Source of the DNA: Octopus vulgaris
Taxonomy: Eukaryota
Length of the DNA stretch: 64,000 nucleotides
Assembly (NCBI GenBank): GCA_951406725.2
Contig: OX597822.1
Coordinates: forward strand, 35,898,001-35,962,000
Direction of reading: 5' to 3'
Shown here: in pieces, positions 26,353-38,837 of the stretch
Layout: every line of letters starts with the position of its first letter
How positions within the stretch are numbered: position 1 is the stretch's first letter
The notes under the pieces: model-generated
The model's database searches: none
What the model was told of the DNA's origin: nothing
The model's input: only the letters and a program-made list of their open reading frames with translations
Position numbers and translations under genes: made by a program

Positions 26353-26728
26353 CTTATCTTTTACTTGTTTCAATCATTAGACTGCAGCCATGCTGGGGCA
26401 TTGCTTTGAAGAATTTTTAGTCGAATGAATCAACCCCAGCACCTATTTCTGCAAGCCTGGTACTTATTGTATCAATGTCTTCTGCCATACTGCTAATTTA
26501 CAGGGATGTGAACACACCTACACCAGTTGTCAAGTGGTGGAGGGTGGACAATCACAGACACAAAGACATATATATGATGAGCTTATTTTAGTGTCTGTCT
26601 ACCAAATCCATTAACAAGGCTTTATCCAACCCAAGGCTGTAATAGAAGACAGTTGCCCAAGATGCCATGCAGTGGGACTGAAACCAGAACCGTGTGGTTG
26701 GGAAGCGAGCTTTTTACTACACAGCCAA
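26353..26728 (-). mobile_element. SINE family A (older, CpG-decayed)
   Basis: Reverse family A with cg to tg/ca changes. Confidence 0.85.
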
Positions 26729-27588
26729 CGATTCCTTGTTACCATCTTAATACTTAACTTAAACCCTTCACTCCCTATGGGACATAGGCCATCAATGACT
26801 TTTTACCACTGTTCTCAACTCTAGGCTGTCTCTTCTCCTAGGTCTTATTGGGCTTTGAATTGCCATCGATGCTTCCGTAACTTTGCTGTTGTCTAGGTAG
26901 GAATTTTGAACCCCTATGCAAACCCATTTTTACCTCTGGGAAGAAATGGTCCATACTAGTATGGCTTCTATCCTTTGATTTGTCCAATTAGGGGAGAGCT
27001 TTCAAGGCCCATTAAGGCACTAAACCCATCAAACCATAACAAGGATTAGATCTTGCAGTGGATACTTTAAGAGTAGGCACCACATATTTCCAATTCCTGA
27101 ATCATCAAAATAGCACAACCAACAATACAAGAACTTGATGACTCCAAGCAGAAATGCCAAGGCATTACTACAAATAATGTTAACAAGATTAAGTTTGTAA
27201 ATTGCTGGTCTAAATACGCAAAAATTGAGTTGGTTTGAATGCTAAATGGTTAAAATAATCGCGCATCTATATAATTTTAATTTAATTTTTGTTATTTATT
27301 TTTATCTCGGTAGCTTCAGAATACTAACATTATGCCATTTTTATAAATAAGTACAACAAATCTTTTCATCTTGTGATTTTAAAGCTAACAATGCAGTAAC
27401 TATTGAGTAAAGTTTTGCATTATACAATATATTTCCAACACAGCAGATGCTGCCACCTGCTACTTTAAGATATCACAACAATGGTCAATATTCTAAAGAG
27501 GGCTTGCTTTTTTTTAAATAATTTTTATTTCTTGGTTGATGTAATAGTATCTTTTTCCTTCCTTTATTTTTTTATATTTCTGTTCTAA

Positions 27589-27619
<31 letters not shown>

Positions 27620-28080
27620 TGTCTGCATGCATACACAATAATACCATCTGCTTGTTTTGTGTTTGAAGGTTTTTCATATCATAAAAGCATTTTTCAAAAG
27701 ATAATATCTTTTGATAAGTTTAATTGAAATCAGTTTTGATAAATTAATGATGGTTGACATGTCTCCCTGGAAGTGTCTTCTTTATTTGAATTATATTTTC
27801 TTATTCTTAACCATCCATGAAAATAAACGTTTTTGTTTGTGGTGGTGGGGGGTGTTAATAATCTATCAGGCAGCTGGTAACCTAATGGGTATAAGGAATC
27901 GTTCTGTCATTAAGAAGTTTGCAGCACCATGTGCAAGTACCTTCTATCATAACCTTAGGTTGACCAGTACCTTAAGAGTGAAACTTGGTTGACCAAGACT
28001 ATGTTGAAACCTGTATTGTGTGTGTGTATGTATCTATAACCACACACACACACACTATTGACTATATATCTATGCATATA

Positions 28081-28290
28081 AGGCAGCAAGCTGGCAGAAA
28101 CGTTAGCATGCCAGGCAAAACGCTTAGTATTTTGTCTGTCTTTATGTTCTGAGTTCAAATTCCACCAAGGTTGACTTCACCTTTCATCCTTTCGGGGTCG
28201 ATAAATTAAGTACCAGCTGTGTACTGGGATCGATCTAATTAACTGGTCCCCTTCCCCAAAATTTTGGGCCTTGTGCCTAGAATAGAAAAG
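28081..28290 (+). mobile_element. SINE family B
   Basis: aggcagcaagctggcagaaacgttagc..cctttcatcctttcggggtcgataaattaagtaccag..ccttgtgcct. Confidence 0.88.
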
Positions 28291-28394
28291 TATATATCTA
28301 TGCATACACACTATATATATATATATATATATAGTGTACTGTTCCGTGGTAGTAAGATCAACAAAAAAAAAGTACTCCATCTGGTGAAAGATAA

Positions 28395-28766
28395 ATATTA
28401 TTTAATAAACATGATATATATTTTTAGAAGTTACTAATAGTTTCATGTGATGAAAATATTGGACAACATTTTTTAACATGTCTGATGCCTTCCTGCAACC
28501 CTCAGGCTATGCCTACATGGTATAACAAGCTAAAACTGGATGATATGATGAGAGAAAAAAAACGAGAAAAGGCAAGCTACTCTCTTCTCATCTTGTTTTT
28601 TTTTTCTCTCATCCTATCATCCTCTTTTAGTTTGTTATGTCATGTTGGTTATAGCCTGAGTATTGTGTGAAGGCACTAGACATGTTAAAGAACGGTGTCT
28701 GATATTTTCATCACATGAAATTATTAGTAGCTTATAAAAATACATATTGTGTTTATTAAATGATAT
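28395..28766. repeat. Diverged ~370-bp foldback (MITE-like hairpin)
   Basis: Left tttcatgtgatgaaaatat..ttaacatgtc..ctcaggctat..ggatgatatgatgagagaaaaaa pairs with right ttttttctctcatcctatcatcc..atagcctgag..gacatgttaa..atattttcatcacatgaaa. Confidence 0.85.
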
Positions 28767-29344
28767 ATATATATTATTTTGCTTAAGCATTGCAGTGCTA
28801 ATACCAGTTGTTAGAACTCAATAAGGCTTTGAGGAAGCTTTAGGATATTGCACAAGTCCTTAGTTCTCAGTGCACTGTTTTTTAAAGCAGAAACAGATGT
28901 AAGCTAATGAAGGCAACTTCGTGTGCGTGTGTATGTAAATATATGTATATATAATAGTGGTAGACACTCAAGGTGTCATTACAAGAAGATGGAATTTGAA
29001 GTCATGAGGATGCAAAGTGAACTTCCTAAACACATACCCATGCCTGTACCTGTGTGTGGTGAGCAACTCTTGTTTAAATCAGACCATGCAGTTTTAAAAA
29101 TCAAAGCCATATTACTTAAGTAGGGTACATAGAGTATAATATCTACCCTCTTTCTAGCTGTCTGTCTTAAAAACCAAAGATATATGTGTGACTGTGTGGT
29201 AAGAGGTTTGTTTCCCAACCACAAAGTTCCAGATTCAATCCCACTGTATAGCACCTTGAGTAAGTGCCTTCTACTATAGTTTCAGGCTGACCAAAGCCTT
29301 GTGAGTGGATTTGATGGACTGAAACTGAAAGAACCCCTTTGTAT

Positions 29345-29670
29345 GTTAGCGTGGCTCAATGGTTAGGATATTCAACTTACAATCATTAGGTAGTGAGTTT
29401 AAACTCTGATGGTGCGTTGTGTCTGTGAGCAAGACACTTTATTTCATGTTGCACCAGTCCACTCAACAAGCAAAAATGAATTGTACCTGTAATTCAAAAG
29501 AGCTAGCCTTGTCACATCCTGTGTCACTTTGAATCTCCTTGAGAACTACAGTAAGGTTATGCATGTCTGTGGAGTGGTCAGCCACTCGCACATTAACTTC
29601 AAGAGCAGGTTGTTCCGTTGATCAGATCAGCTGGAATCCTCATTGTTATATCTGATGGAGTGTCAGTCAT
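29345..29670 (+). mobile_element. tRNA-derived SINE, different family (gagcaagacactttatttc..ccagtccactc central domain)
   Basis: A/B-box-like head gcgtggctcaatggttagga..gagtttaaactc, followed by a conserved-looking central domain. Confidence 0.65.
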
Positions 29671-29690
29671 ATAGATATGTATGTGCTCAT

Positions 29691-30037
29691 TCATCATCAT
29701 CATCATCGTTTAACGTTCTCCATGCTAGCATGGGTTGGACAGTTCGACCGGGGATCTGGGAAGCCAGAAGGCTGCACCAGGCTCCAGTCTGATCTGGCAG
29801 TGTTTCTACAGCTGGATACCCTTCCTAACGCCAACCACTCCATGAGTGTAGTGGGTGCTTTTTACGTGCCACCTGCATCGGCCACAATTCAGATGGTGCT
29901 TTTTACATGCCACCGGCACGGAAGCCAGTCAAGGTGGTGCTGGCATCGGCCACGATTCGGATAGTGCTGTTTACGTGCCACCAGCACGGAAGCCAGTCTA
30001 GGCAGCGCTGGCATCGGCCACGTTCAGATGGTGCTCA
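29691..30037 (-). mobile_element. SINE family C with internal ~68-bp tandem units
   Basis: gtgcttttacgtgccacc..ggcatcggccacg is repeated about three times. Confidence 0.85.
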
Positions 30038-30858
30038 TTGTATATTATATATCTTTGTGTGTCCGTGTTTATCCCTCACCACCACTTGACAACTTGTATT
30101 GGTATGTTTACATTCCAATACAAGTTGTTGTTCTGCCAAAGAGACTGACTGGATAATTACTAGGCTTCAAAAGATAAATACTGAGGTCAATTCGTTCAAC
30201 TAAAATTCTTCAAGATAGTGCCCTAGCATAAAAGAAAATGATAAGATTTTGAAACCTGAGTTGTTATTTACATTTCATTTTTAGCTTTGTCATGCTTTGT
30301 GTTTACGCTAGACACATCACACGCACACACAAACATATGCATACATATATATACCATCATCATATATCATTCCGATGACAGCGTTTTTCAGACATACCCA
30401 GTAATATTGTGTTATTTACCTGCGAAACATAAATCACTAAATCTCATCTATGCTGTCAATTTTTTCTATTTTCTTCACATAAAAGCAAGACTTATTAACA
30501 ATAGGTAGTCACAGGGTTAAATTTAACGCATGACTGGTTCCTATTCTATTGATACTGAGCATAACTGAGAGAAGTAGTAACATATATTCACAAATGTTAC
30601 CATGTATTACCATTATTATTATCATTGTTATTAAAATGCCAGGCTGAGAAAATCATGTTAAACAACATGCTTAATGGTAGTCCTTCTGGCTGTTTATTTT
30701 CTAAGTTCAACTTCTGCCATTTTTTTCTTTTCTTTCTAGACCATTAAAATAAAGTACCAGTCAAGCACTGGGGTTGATGTAATTGACTTACTCCTCCTTT
30801 CAGAATTGCTTGCCTTGTGCCAAAATTTGAAATAATAATAATAAGAAGAATATTTTAA

Positions 30859-31105
30859 AAGGATTGATGCAATGCTTCACAAATTAGACAGTCAAGACGA
30901 AGAGTGTGATTCGATTGTAATAGATATGTTATTGGTTGAATGATATTTCGACAGTAAGCCTGTCTTTGTCAAGTTCAAAATAAGAAGTGATAAGAATTTG
31001 AAATTATAGAAATTTAAATTATGAACGAGAGCAACCAGAGTCCACATGATGGAATGACATCATCAGTCGTTAAGTTTCAATTTTATAATAGGTGAAAAGA
31101 AAAAA
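30859..31105 (-). mobile_element. 247-bp insert with 16-bp TSD containing a decayed minimal hammerhead (Penelope-like fragment)
   Basis: aagaagaatattttaa at 30843-30858 and 31106-31121; the minus strand of 30936-30978 reads ttgaac TTGACAA a gacag gctta ctgtc GAAA ta TC attcaa. Confidence 0.6.
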
Positions 31106-31402
31106 AAGAAGAATATTTTAATCAAACAATTTTATATAAATTTGATGATATTCTCCTGTCATTGTATTCATTCCTCTAGGGCATGATGTTAATAACCCGC
31201 AAGCATATTTCTCCTAATACATTCTGAGAAGTGAAAGTGAAGCAGATTCAGAATATTTTCTGAGAATATGCACTTTCAAGTTTTTTTCAAAATTGCAGCT
31301 GTTTGAAACGAAATGTTTGGCAAGTTTTGTCGAACTACTGTTATTGAAGAAGAAGGAGTCTTGTTGTAGTAGTAGTAGTAGTAATAATAATAATAATAAT
31401 AA

Positions 31403-32745
31403 CTAGAAAAGCACTCTGAGAGCACAGACCTCTGCCAAGCAGCTCATTTCCATCCATTTACATGCATGCTGAAAATCGCACAATTTCCCAAACCAATGCT
31501 GACAAAAACATAACCTCCTTGGCGGGGGGGTTAAAAAAAATAACACAGGCCATATGATTTTAAAAAAACCCTCTAAAAATAGGAATCATCTGAAGCAGCT
31601 AGTTTCACCATACAACTAAAAAGAAACAATTACCTAAAACTTGATTGATACACACACAACATCATGGTCAGAAAAGTAACGGTCAGTAGATGCCGATCCT
31701 GGTTCACATAAACATGATCTAGCAGGCTTCCATAGTTGGTGGTGGGTTTTAGGACTAGCTGGTCAAACCCAAACTGGTTCATAGTTGTCAAGATATCATA
31801 GTTAGGGGAATCAAGGAGATCCACATTGAAATCACCAAGGTCAGATGATTCCATGGCAAAGATCTTATAAGATGATGCAGGCTGGTGAAGAAAGAAGCAA
31901 CTGGGACAGAAGGAGATCTGTAAATGGTGATGATATTGATTTTTGTTGACAAGATGGTCACCCCGACAGCTGTGTACTCTAAGCCACTGACATTCAAATG
32001 TATATCCGTGGGGGGCGATCCCCTGCTTGGCAACAGTCGTCACCCTACCTCCACGTCCCAGTGCAGCAGGCCTGTCTGCTCTAGTGATCTTCGACTGCGA
32101 TAGGATGGATGCTATTTGTTGATTCTGCTTCAAGAATGTTTCCACAAAACAAAGCACATCAACATTTTGAAGAGTGTTGTCCACTTTCAAGTCTTGTTCA
32201 TGTTCAAAGTAGGACCTGATATTGAGCAGTTTGATCTGCAGTCCTTTATGAGTAACTGTGGGAACAGCAGAAGGCAAAGTTTCAGACGACATTTGCTGTC
32301 GAAGCCTGTCCATTTCACGAACAACAGATGGACTAGTGTGGATTGTTTTGCTGCCATTTGTTTATGTTGTTGATCTCTTTATCCATCAGTTTCTAGCAAG
32401 ATAGATACGCAAGTAAAATTACTAATAGAGAAACGAAAATAAACTTTGGAAACAGCAACGCCACCATAGGTTATGTGGAAACCACGAACGTGTTTTCTAG
32501 GGAGATAACCAAAGAATGTAACATTATATTACTTCGTGTAATGTAAATATAACAAATGAAAAATCCTTCAAAAATCCATAAAATTCCTGGATCACTACCA
32601 AAATTTCATCATCTATTCCTTCTGTGATTACCAACTTTTCCTGCAAGTTTCATCGAATACAACTTTTTGAGTTATTTTGCACACAGGAACAGATGGACAA
32701 ACCAATGCCAATGAAAACATAACCTCCTTCCTTGGCAAAGGTAAT
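31403..32745 (-). mobile_element. Helentron (endonuclease-bearing Helitron) deletion derivative
   Basis: Minus-strand 5' ttattacctttgccaaggaaggaggttatgttttc and 3' cttggcagaggtctgtgctctcagagtgcttttctagtt (subTIR, hairpin, CTAG) bracket an AP-endonuclease remnant. Confidence 0.75.
31630..32313 (-). pseudogene. Frameshifted AP-like endonuclease domain of a Helentron
   Basis: LLNIRS..DVLCFVETFL..R..GG..IYRSP..LGDFNVDL..GFDQLV.KPTT..SLLDHVY motifs, split over two frames (31630-32313 and 31788-32033). Confidence 0.8.
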
Positions 32746-32771
32746 AATTGCAGTATCAAAAATTCTCTATT

Positions 32772-33356
32772 GCAGTACCAGGAATGTACTGTTGCATACT
32801 AGGATGATCTGTTGCAGTACCACTGGCTCTCATGGCTTCTGATCTTAACTGATTGGAAGTGTTATCAAGTACATGTTTTTGTCTTGATGTAAAAGATGGG
32901 TTACAGCAAATATTCTGCTCAATACCACAGAATTGCTTGTCAGTTGTTTGACCATAACAAGTTGAGCATGTCCTTTGGTGGCTGATGATATGTGCATCTC
33001 TGATCACAAGCAGAAATAGTGGGGAAGCATCATAGCCATGTGTTGAGAGGAATTCTTTAGGGTTTGAATAATTCACCTCTGGAAACATGAATGTTTCATT
33101 CAACATTCTAAAACAACTCTTTTTCAAGGACCTTTTGAGCAGGATGAGCTACTCATCCTGAAGAAAATTCTAACTGGGCCCCCACCTGCAAGGTCATGCA
33201 CTGTTTATCTTGATATGAGATCACCATGTTGTGCATATATGGTTATGATGCATGTGCCTGGTGTACCATTATCAGTTGGGTAGTCATGATGGGTATACTG
33301 GGCTTTGTATATTTTACCCCAGTGTCACTTTGGTGGCATGTACTGCTCTTTCACTC
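32772..33356 (+). mobile_element. ~580-bp repeat family D ending in (AAT)n
   Basis: Reverse complement of 56214-56726; both copies end ctgctct.tcactc-(aat)n. Orientation is inferred from the tail. Confidence 0.8.
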
Positions 33357-33398
33357 AATAATAATAATAATAATTATTATTATTATTATTATTATTAT

Positions 33399-34293
33399 TC
33401 CTTCATAACACAGTGTAGGTAAAAATGCACTGGAGTCTTTAGTCATCTTTCAAGTCACAACAAGGACCTTAGATAGATAATGCTTTCCTTAAGATGTGTG
33501 CTTTTTGAAAGACATCAGTCTTGCATGGTATTTCCAGTTGCCTTAAGAAGTTTTGAGGTTTCAATGGGATTGGGTCCAATGCTCTAATTACCACTGGTAT
33601 CACTTTTACATTACCCTCTCGCATTCCATTTCCACTTTCAATTTGGAGTACTTAGAGATTTTTTCAATCTCTTCACTCACAACATTCATGTCATTTGATA
33701 TGGCTACATCAATGATCTGACTGTATTTGTATCTCTTATTCAATGTGACAATATCCAGCCGATGGTGTTCGATTACATGAGCTGTCTGAAAATCATAGTC
33801 CCAGAGTATCGTTACTTTTCCATCCTCCTACATAACTTTACTTGGTACATGCTCATACTGGTTCTCTGTTACTTCATATTGGTACTTACGGCATGAGAGT
33901 CAATGAAGATACACACACACTTTATCATGGCAGTGCTTGTATTCTTTTTGTGCAAGGCTCTCACATCCACTTACCAAGTGGGTCACATTTTCCACACTCT
34001 TTCCACACTCTTTCCACACTCTTTCCACAGAGTCTGCATTTCTGGGTGTTAGAAGTTTTATAGATGTTATACTTCACTGACTTTGTAGTGAGAGCCTTGT
34101 CTTGTGCAGCTATGATCAGGCTTTCAGTGATACGCTTCAAATCACCTCACTCAAGTCATGCCCACGATGCTGTATTATCCATAACGTTCTGTGTATTCTT
34201 TTCAAACTGTCCATGCATTCTCATTTCAAGAAGGTCTTCTTTTCTCTTCAGCTCTTTGGTTAAACTCTTCCTTGCCCATCATTCCATCTGTGA
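33399..34293 (-). pseudogene. R4/Dong-type LINE 3' ~0.9-kb fragment (CCHC finger plus REL)
   Basis: Minus strand CRLCGK..NVTHLVSGCE; KVTILWDYDFQTAHVIEHHRLDIV; QIIDVAISNDMNV; the 3' end abuts a TAA repeat. Confidence 0.85.
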
Positions 34294-34310
34294 TTGTTGT
34301 TGTTGCTGTT

Positions 34311-35278
34311 GAGGTGGCAAGCTGACAAAATCGTTAGCATGCTGGACGAAATGCTTAGCAGTATTTATTTCGACCAATGCTTCATTCTGAATTCAAATTC
34401 TGCTGAGGTCGACTTTGCCTTTCATTCTTTTAGGATCGATAAATTGAGTACCAATGAAACATTGGGGTCAATGTAATCAACTAGTCCTCTCCCCCAAAAT
34501 TTCAGGCCTTGTGCCTTTAGTAGAAAGGATTATTATTATTATCAAGGCAGTGAGCTGACAGAATCATTAGTGAGCTGGACGAAATGCTTAGCAGGCGGCG
34601 AGCTGGCAGAAACGTTAGCACATTGGGCGAAATGCTTAGCAGGCGGCGAGCTGGCAGAAACGTTAGCACATTGGGCGAAATGCTTAGCGGCATTTCGTCT
34701 ACTGTTATGTTCTGAGTCCAAATTCCGCTGAGGTTGACTTTGCCTTTCATCCTTTCGGGGTCAATTAAATAAGTACCAGTTATGCACTGGGGTTGATATA
34801 ATCGACTTAATCCGTTTGTCTGTCCTTGTTTGTCCCCTCTGTGTGTAGCCCCTTGTGGGCAGTAAAGAAATAAGTATTTCACCTGTTGCTACCTTCTGAG
34901 CTCAAATTCCGCTGAGGTCAACTTTACCTTCCATCCTTTTGAGGTCCATAAAATAAGTACCAGTTGAACACTGGGGTCAATGTAATCAACCCATCTCCCC
35001 TGCAGAAAAATTGCTACCCTTGTGGCAAAATTTGAAACCATTATTATTATTATTGTGACTATAGCGATGAGCTGGTAGAATCATTAGCATGCCAGGTGAA
35101 ATGCTTGGTGGCATTTCATCCGTCCTATCAGTCTGAGTTCAAATTCTGCCATGGTTGACTTTTTCCTTTCATACTTTCAGGGTCAATTAAATAAGTACCA
35201 GTAGAACACTGGGGTCAATGTAATCAACTTAATCCCTTCTCCCAAATTTGAGTCCTTCTGCTTCCAGTGGAAAGGAAT
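34311..35278 (+). mobile_element. Head-to-tail cluster of family B SINEs, with a nested younger copy and a 48-bp head duplication
   Basis: Copies at ~34311, 34545, 34593 and 35060, mostly separated by ATT tails; identical 48-mer at 34593-34640 and 34641-34688. Confidence 0.88.
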
Positions 35279-35279
35279 A

Positions 35280-35644
35280 TTACTTCTGCCCTAGTGAAGG
35301 TGAAGGTATTGTTTTCAGTCGCATTTGTTTATTTGTCTGTGAACAAGATGTCTCAAGAACCACTGAATGGATTGGGTTGAAACTTTCAGAGATGTTTGAC
35401 CTCGTGACTGGCACAAACTGATTAGATTTTGGGATCAATCCAATACCAGACAAGGATTCTGCATTATTTTTTCCTGTCTTTTTACTTAATTTTTGAGAGC
35501 AGTCTGGTTCATTTTTAGTATTCTCGTTTGTGAGAGCAAACGAGTTTATTTCAGATATTCTCATTTTAAAAATCATCTTTGGCTAATCGTTGAGAGGATG
35601 TTGGTGTTGCCTTGGCGGAGGTTTGCGCCCTTTGAGTCCTCTTG
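35280..35644 (+). mobile_element. Non-autonomous Helentron-type element
   Basis: Colinear with 19515-19872; 3' ccttggcggaggtttgcgccctttgagtcctcttgtt. Confidence 0.65.
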
Positions 35645-36353
35645 TTGTTGTTATTGATGATGATGATGATGATGATGATGATTAAGGCAACATGCTGGCA
35701 GAATTGTTACTTTGACTAAATGTTTCTAAACATTTCTTTTGACTCTTAACATTCAAAGTCTAAATCCTGGTGCGATCAATTTTGCCTTTCATCCTCATGA
35801 GGTCATTAAAATAAAGTACCAGTCAAGTACTGCGGGAGGCTCAGCGTAATCAATTAGTCCCCTTGCACCAAAATTTAGGTCTTGTGCATCTTGTAGAAAG
35901 GATCATTTTTGCTGTTTCAAGTTGTCCCCAAGTTCAATAAATAGGAAAGATGATGTCTGTTGTAGAAACAAAAATTAAGTACTTTCCACACACACACACA
36001 CACACACACACACATTCCATCTCTCTCTCTCCCTCACTCCCATCTCTCTCTTAAAAGGATTAACTGTTAATTTAATTAAAATTAATGCATATTTTCAGGG
36101 AAAAAATACTCCACTGTACCCCCACACATATTTTTAAAATATTCCATGGAATTGCTTTTCTTTTTAAACTTTTTTTTTTTTTTTTTGCCTTGTAAAAGCA
36201 ACTGAATGTCCTTCCTACTTCTAAACACTTGATTGTATAGTAGGAATTATTCAAACAGGGTTTGCTGCTTTGCTCAAAAGTATATCAAAGAGACAGTAGC
36301 AAGGTTTGGACTTATAGAACTTATGAACAGCATTTTTTGAGCATCAGGTACAG

Positions 36354-37043
36354 CAGGGCTTCTCAACTATTTTTCATCTATGGACTCCCTTTGATTGCTA
36401 TTTTATTCTAGTGGACCCCCATAGCCATTTGGTGATTAAAAATTAGTTTTACAAATACTTCTTTCAAAATTCCTATTTTGTTTTTCACACTTTGTGTAGG
36501 TTGAACTATGTAAAATGTTGAGAAACTTGGCTCTTTCTTGCAATAAATACATCTTTACTCTTTTACTTGTTTTAGCCATTTGACTGTGGCCATGCTGGAG
36601 CACACCGCCTTTAGTCGAGCAAATTGACCCCAGGACTTATTCTTTGTAAGCCTAGTACTTATTCTATCGGTCTCTTTTGCTGAGCCACTAAGTTACGGTG
36701 ATGTAAACATACCGGCATTGGTTGTCAAGCAATGTTGGGGGGGACAAACACGCACACACACATATATACATATATATGACAGGCTTCTTTCAGTTTCCGT
36801 CTACCAAATCCACTCACAAAGGCTTTGGTTGGCCCAAGGCTATAGTAGAAGACACTTGCCCAAGGTGCCACACAGTGGGACTGAACCTGGAACCATGTGA
36901 GTGGTAAGCAAGCTACTTACCACACAGCGACTCCTAAAGCAAAATTTTTTCAGGCCCCTTAGAATACTATTGTGAATCCCCAATTTACTATTTGGTTGCA
37001 TGGATCCCCAGAAATCTTTATGGACCCTGGTTGAGAACCACTG
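36354..37043 (+). mobile_element. hAT-type MITE interrupted by a family A SINE (36552-36935, -)
   Basis: TIRs cagggcttctcaac / gttgagaaccactg; degenerate 8-bp flanks aggtacag/agtatcag. Confidence 0.75.
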
Positions 37044-37636
37044 AGTATCAGTTGGTCTCCTCACCCCCTCAAAACAATATACTCACCAAAGCATATCTTA
37101 TGACATCTGTTAGTATGTTTTTAACCCTTCAGCATTTAAACTGGTCATATCTGGCCCAAATATTTTGCCCATTTTATGTTCCAACTTACCCTACAACGTC
37201 ATTGTAAAATGCTAAAGGCTTAAAGATGTCTTCTATTCTTGATATCTAGCTGCTGCTGGAATTTCGATCCTCTACATTCTGAGTTCAGATTCCACAAGAG
37301 TTAATTCTGTGTCTTATTTTTCTGTGGTTGATTGAGGCATAAACTGGAATTTATTAAACGAACTGTAATGGTGATGGTTGTGGAACCCTGTAATTTAGTG
37401 GGAATAGTTAGGAAACCATTGAACTCTTAGTCCTTGTGTTGTGTACCGCTGAGATGTACCCACAAAAGGAATGGAACTTCCAATTGTAAATTAATGGAAC
37501 ACTTGGCAATTTCAGTGTTGCCACTGCTTACCACACTGACTTGTTCCCTCCTTATGTTAAGTGTGTCATTTGAGAGTTGTCTGACTTGTCAGACAAGGCA
37601 GTTCTCTGTCTCTCCAGTCATACCCAACTGTCTTAA

Positions 37637-37855
37637 CCCTTTAGTATTTAAACCGGCCATATCCGGCCAAAATAGCTAATCTGTTTTATATTCAAACTGA
37701 CCAGATCCAGGCTCTCACACCTACCCTACAATGTTATTCTATATTAAGTAATTACACCATCAACATTTTGAAGATATGAGATAAGGCATGATTAATTCAA
37801 ATCAATGGGAATCAATAAGCATTATGTTTGATAGAATAATCTGAATGCTAAAGGG
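37637..37855 (+). mobile_element. piggyBac-type MITE
   Basis: TTAA-ccctttag...ctaaaggg-TTAA. Confidence 0.88.
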
Positions 37856-38801
37856 TTAAAGAAAGACAGATTGGCTCTTAGGATAATGTAGTCCTAGATA
37901 CACTTGTCTGAACTAAAAGCTAGTTGTTCTGAGATGGAATGCCTTTAATCATTGATCTGTTGAATCAGGTTTGACCTGGGATTAAACAACAATAGTGCAG
38001 TGCTTGAGCCAACAAAATAATCTCAATATGCTCTCCCAGCTTGCTAGAAATGGCAGCTAAAATTCTCTCTCAAATCATCCCATGTTGTCTTGAAAAGAGC
38101 AAGTGCAGGTTCTACAATGTATTTCTAGATACAATAGTTCTGGGAAAGAAAAATGTATGATAGGATAGTCAAAGCTGGAACATTTTTGATTATAGGTCTG
38201 TTGGATTAGAACTTAGCTGGGGCTTAATTGTAGCAACACCTTAGTAATGCTGATGACAAGATATAAATTGTCACTCTCTCAACTAGTTCTTGAAAGTGAG
38301 GGGGGGGGGGGCAGCTGAAGAAGTTACCATCACCACCACCATTGATTTTGTGTTCTGAATTAGTCAGACTATATCCACCTACTCCCACCTTTACACATAC
38401 ACAGAGTAATACACTCACTAAAATATCTGCCCTTGTGCCAGTTTTAAGAAATTATTGTTAAAGCTGTTCTCCCCCACATCTCTCTCAACACACACTCACA
38501 TACACAACCCACCTCCTATTATTCTATTATTATAAGGAATTCATAATAGGAGATTTCTAACATTACCTCCACCACCACCACCACCACCTTGTTTATTGGT
38601 GAATTCCTAATTTCTGAACTCTACATTTTGATGGGGCCTTTTATTTTGTTTTGTTTTGTTGTTTTTTTTTTTAATCCATTTCTTCATTGTATATATTATA
38701 ACAGAACAGTCTCTTGTGTTTAGCTACATATATTGCCTCTTTGGCATTTCCTGACCTTTAGCATCACTAAAACAGCTTCTATTATTCTGTGGGATTAATG
38801 A

Positions 38802-38837
<36 letters not shown>

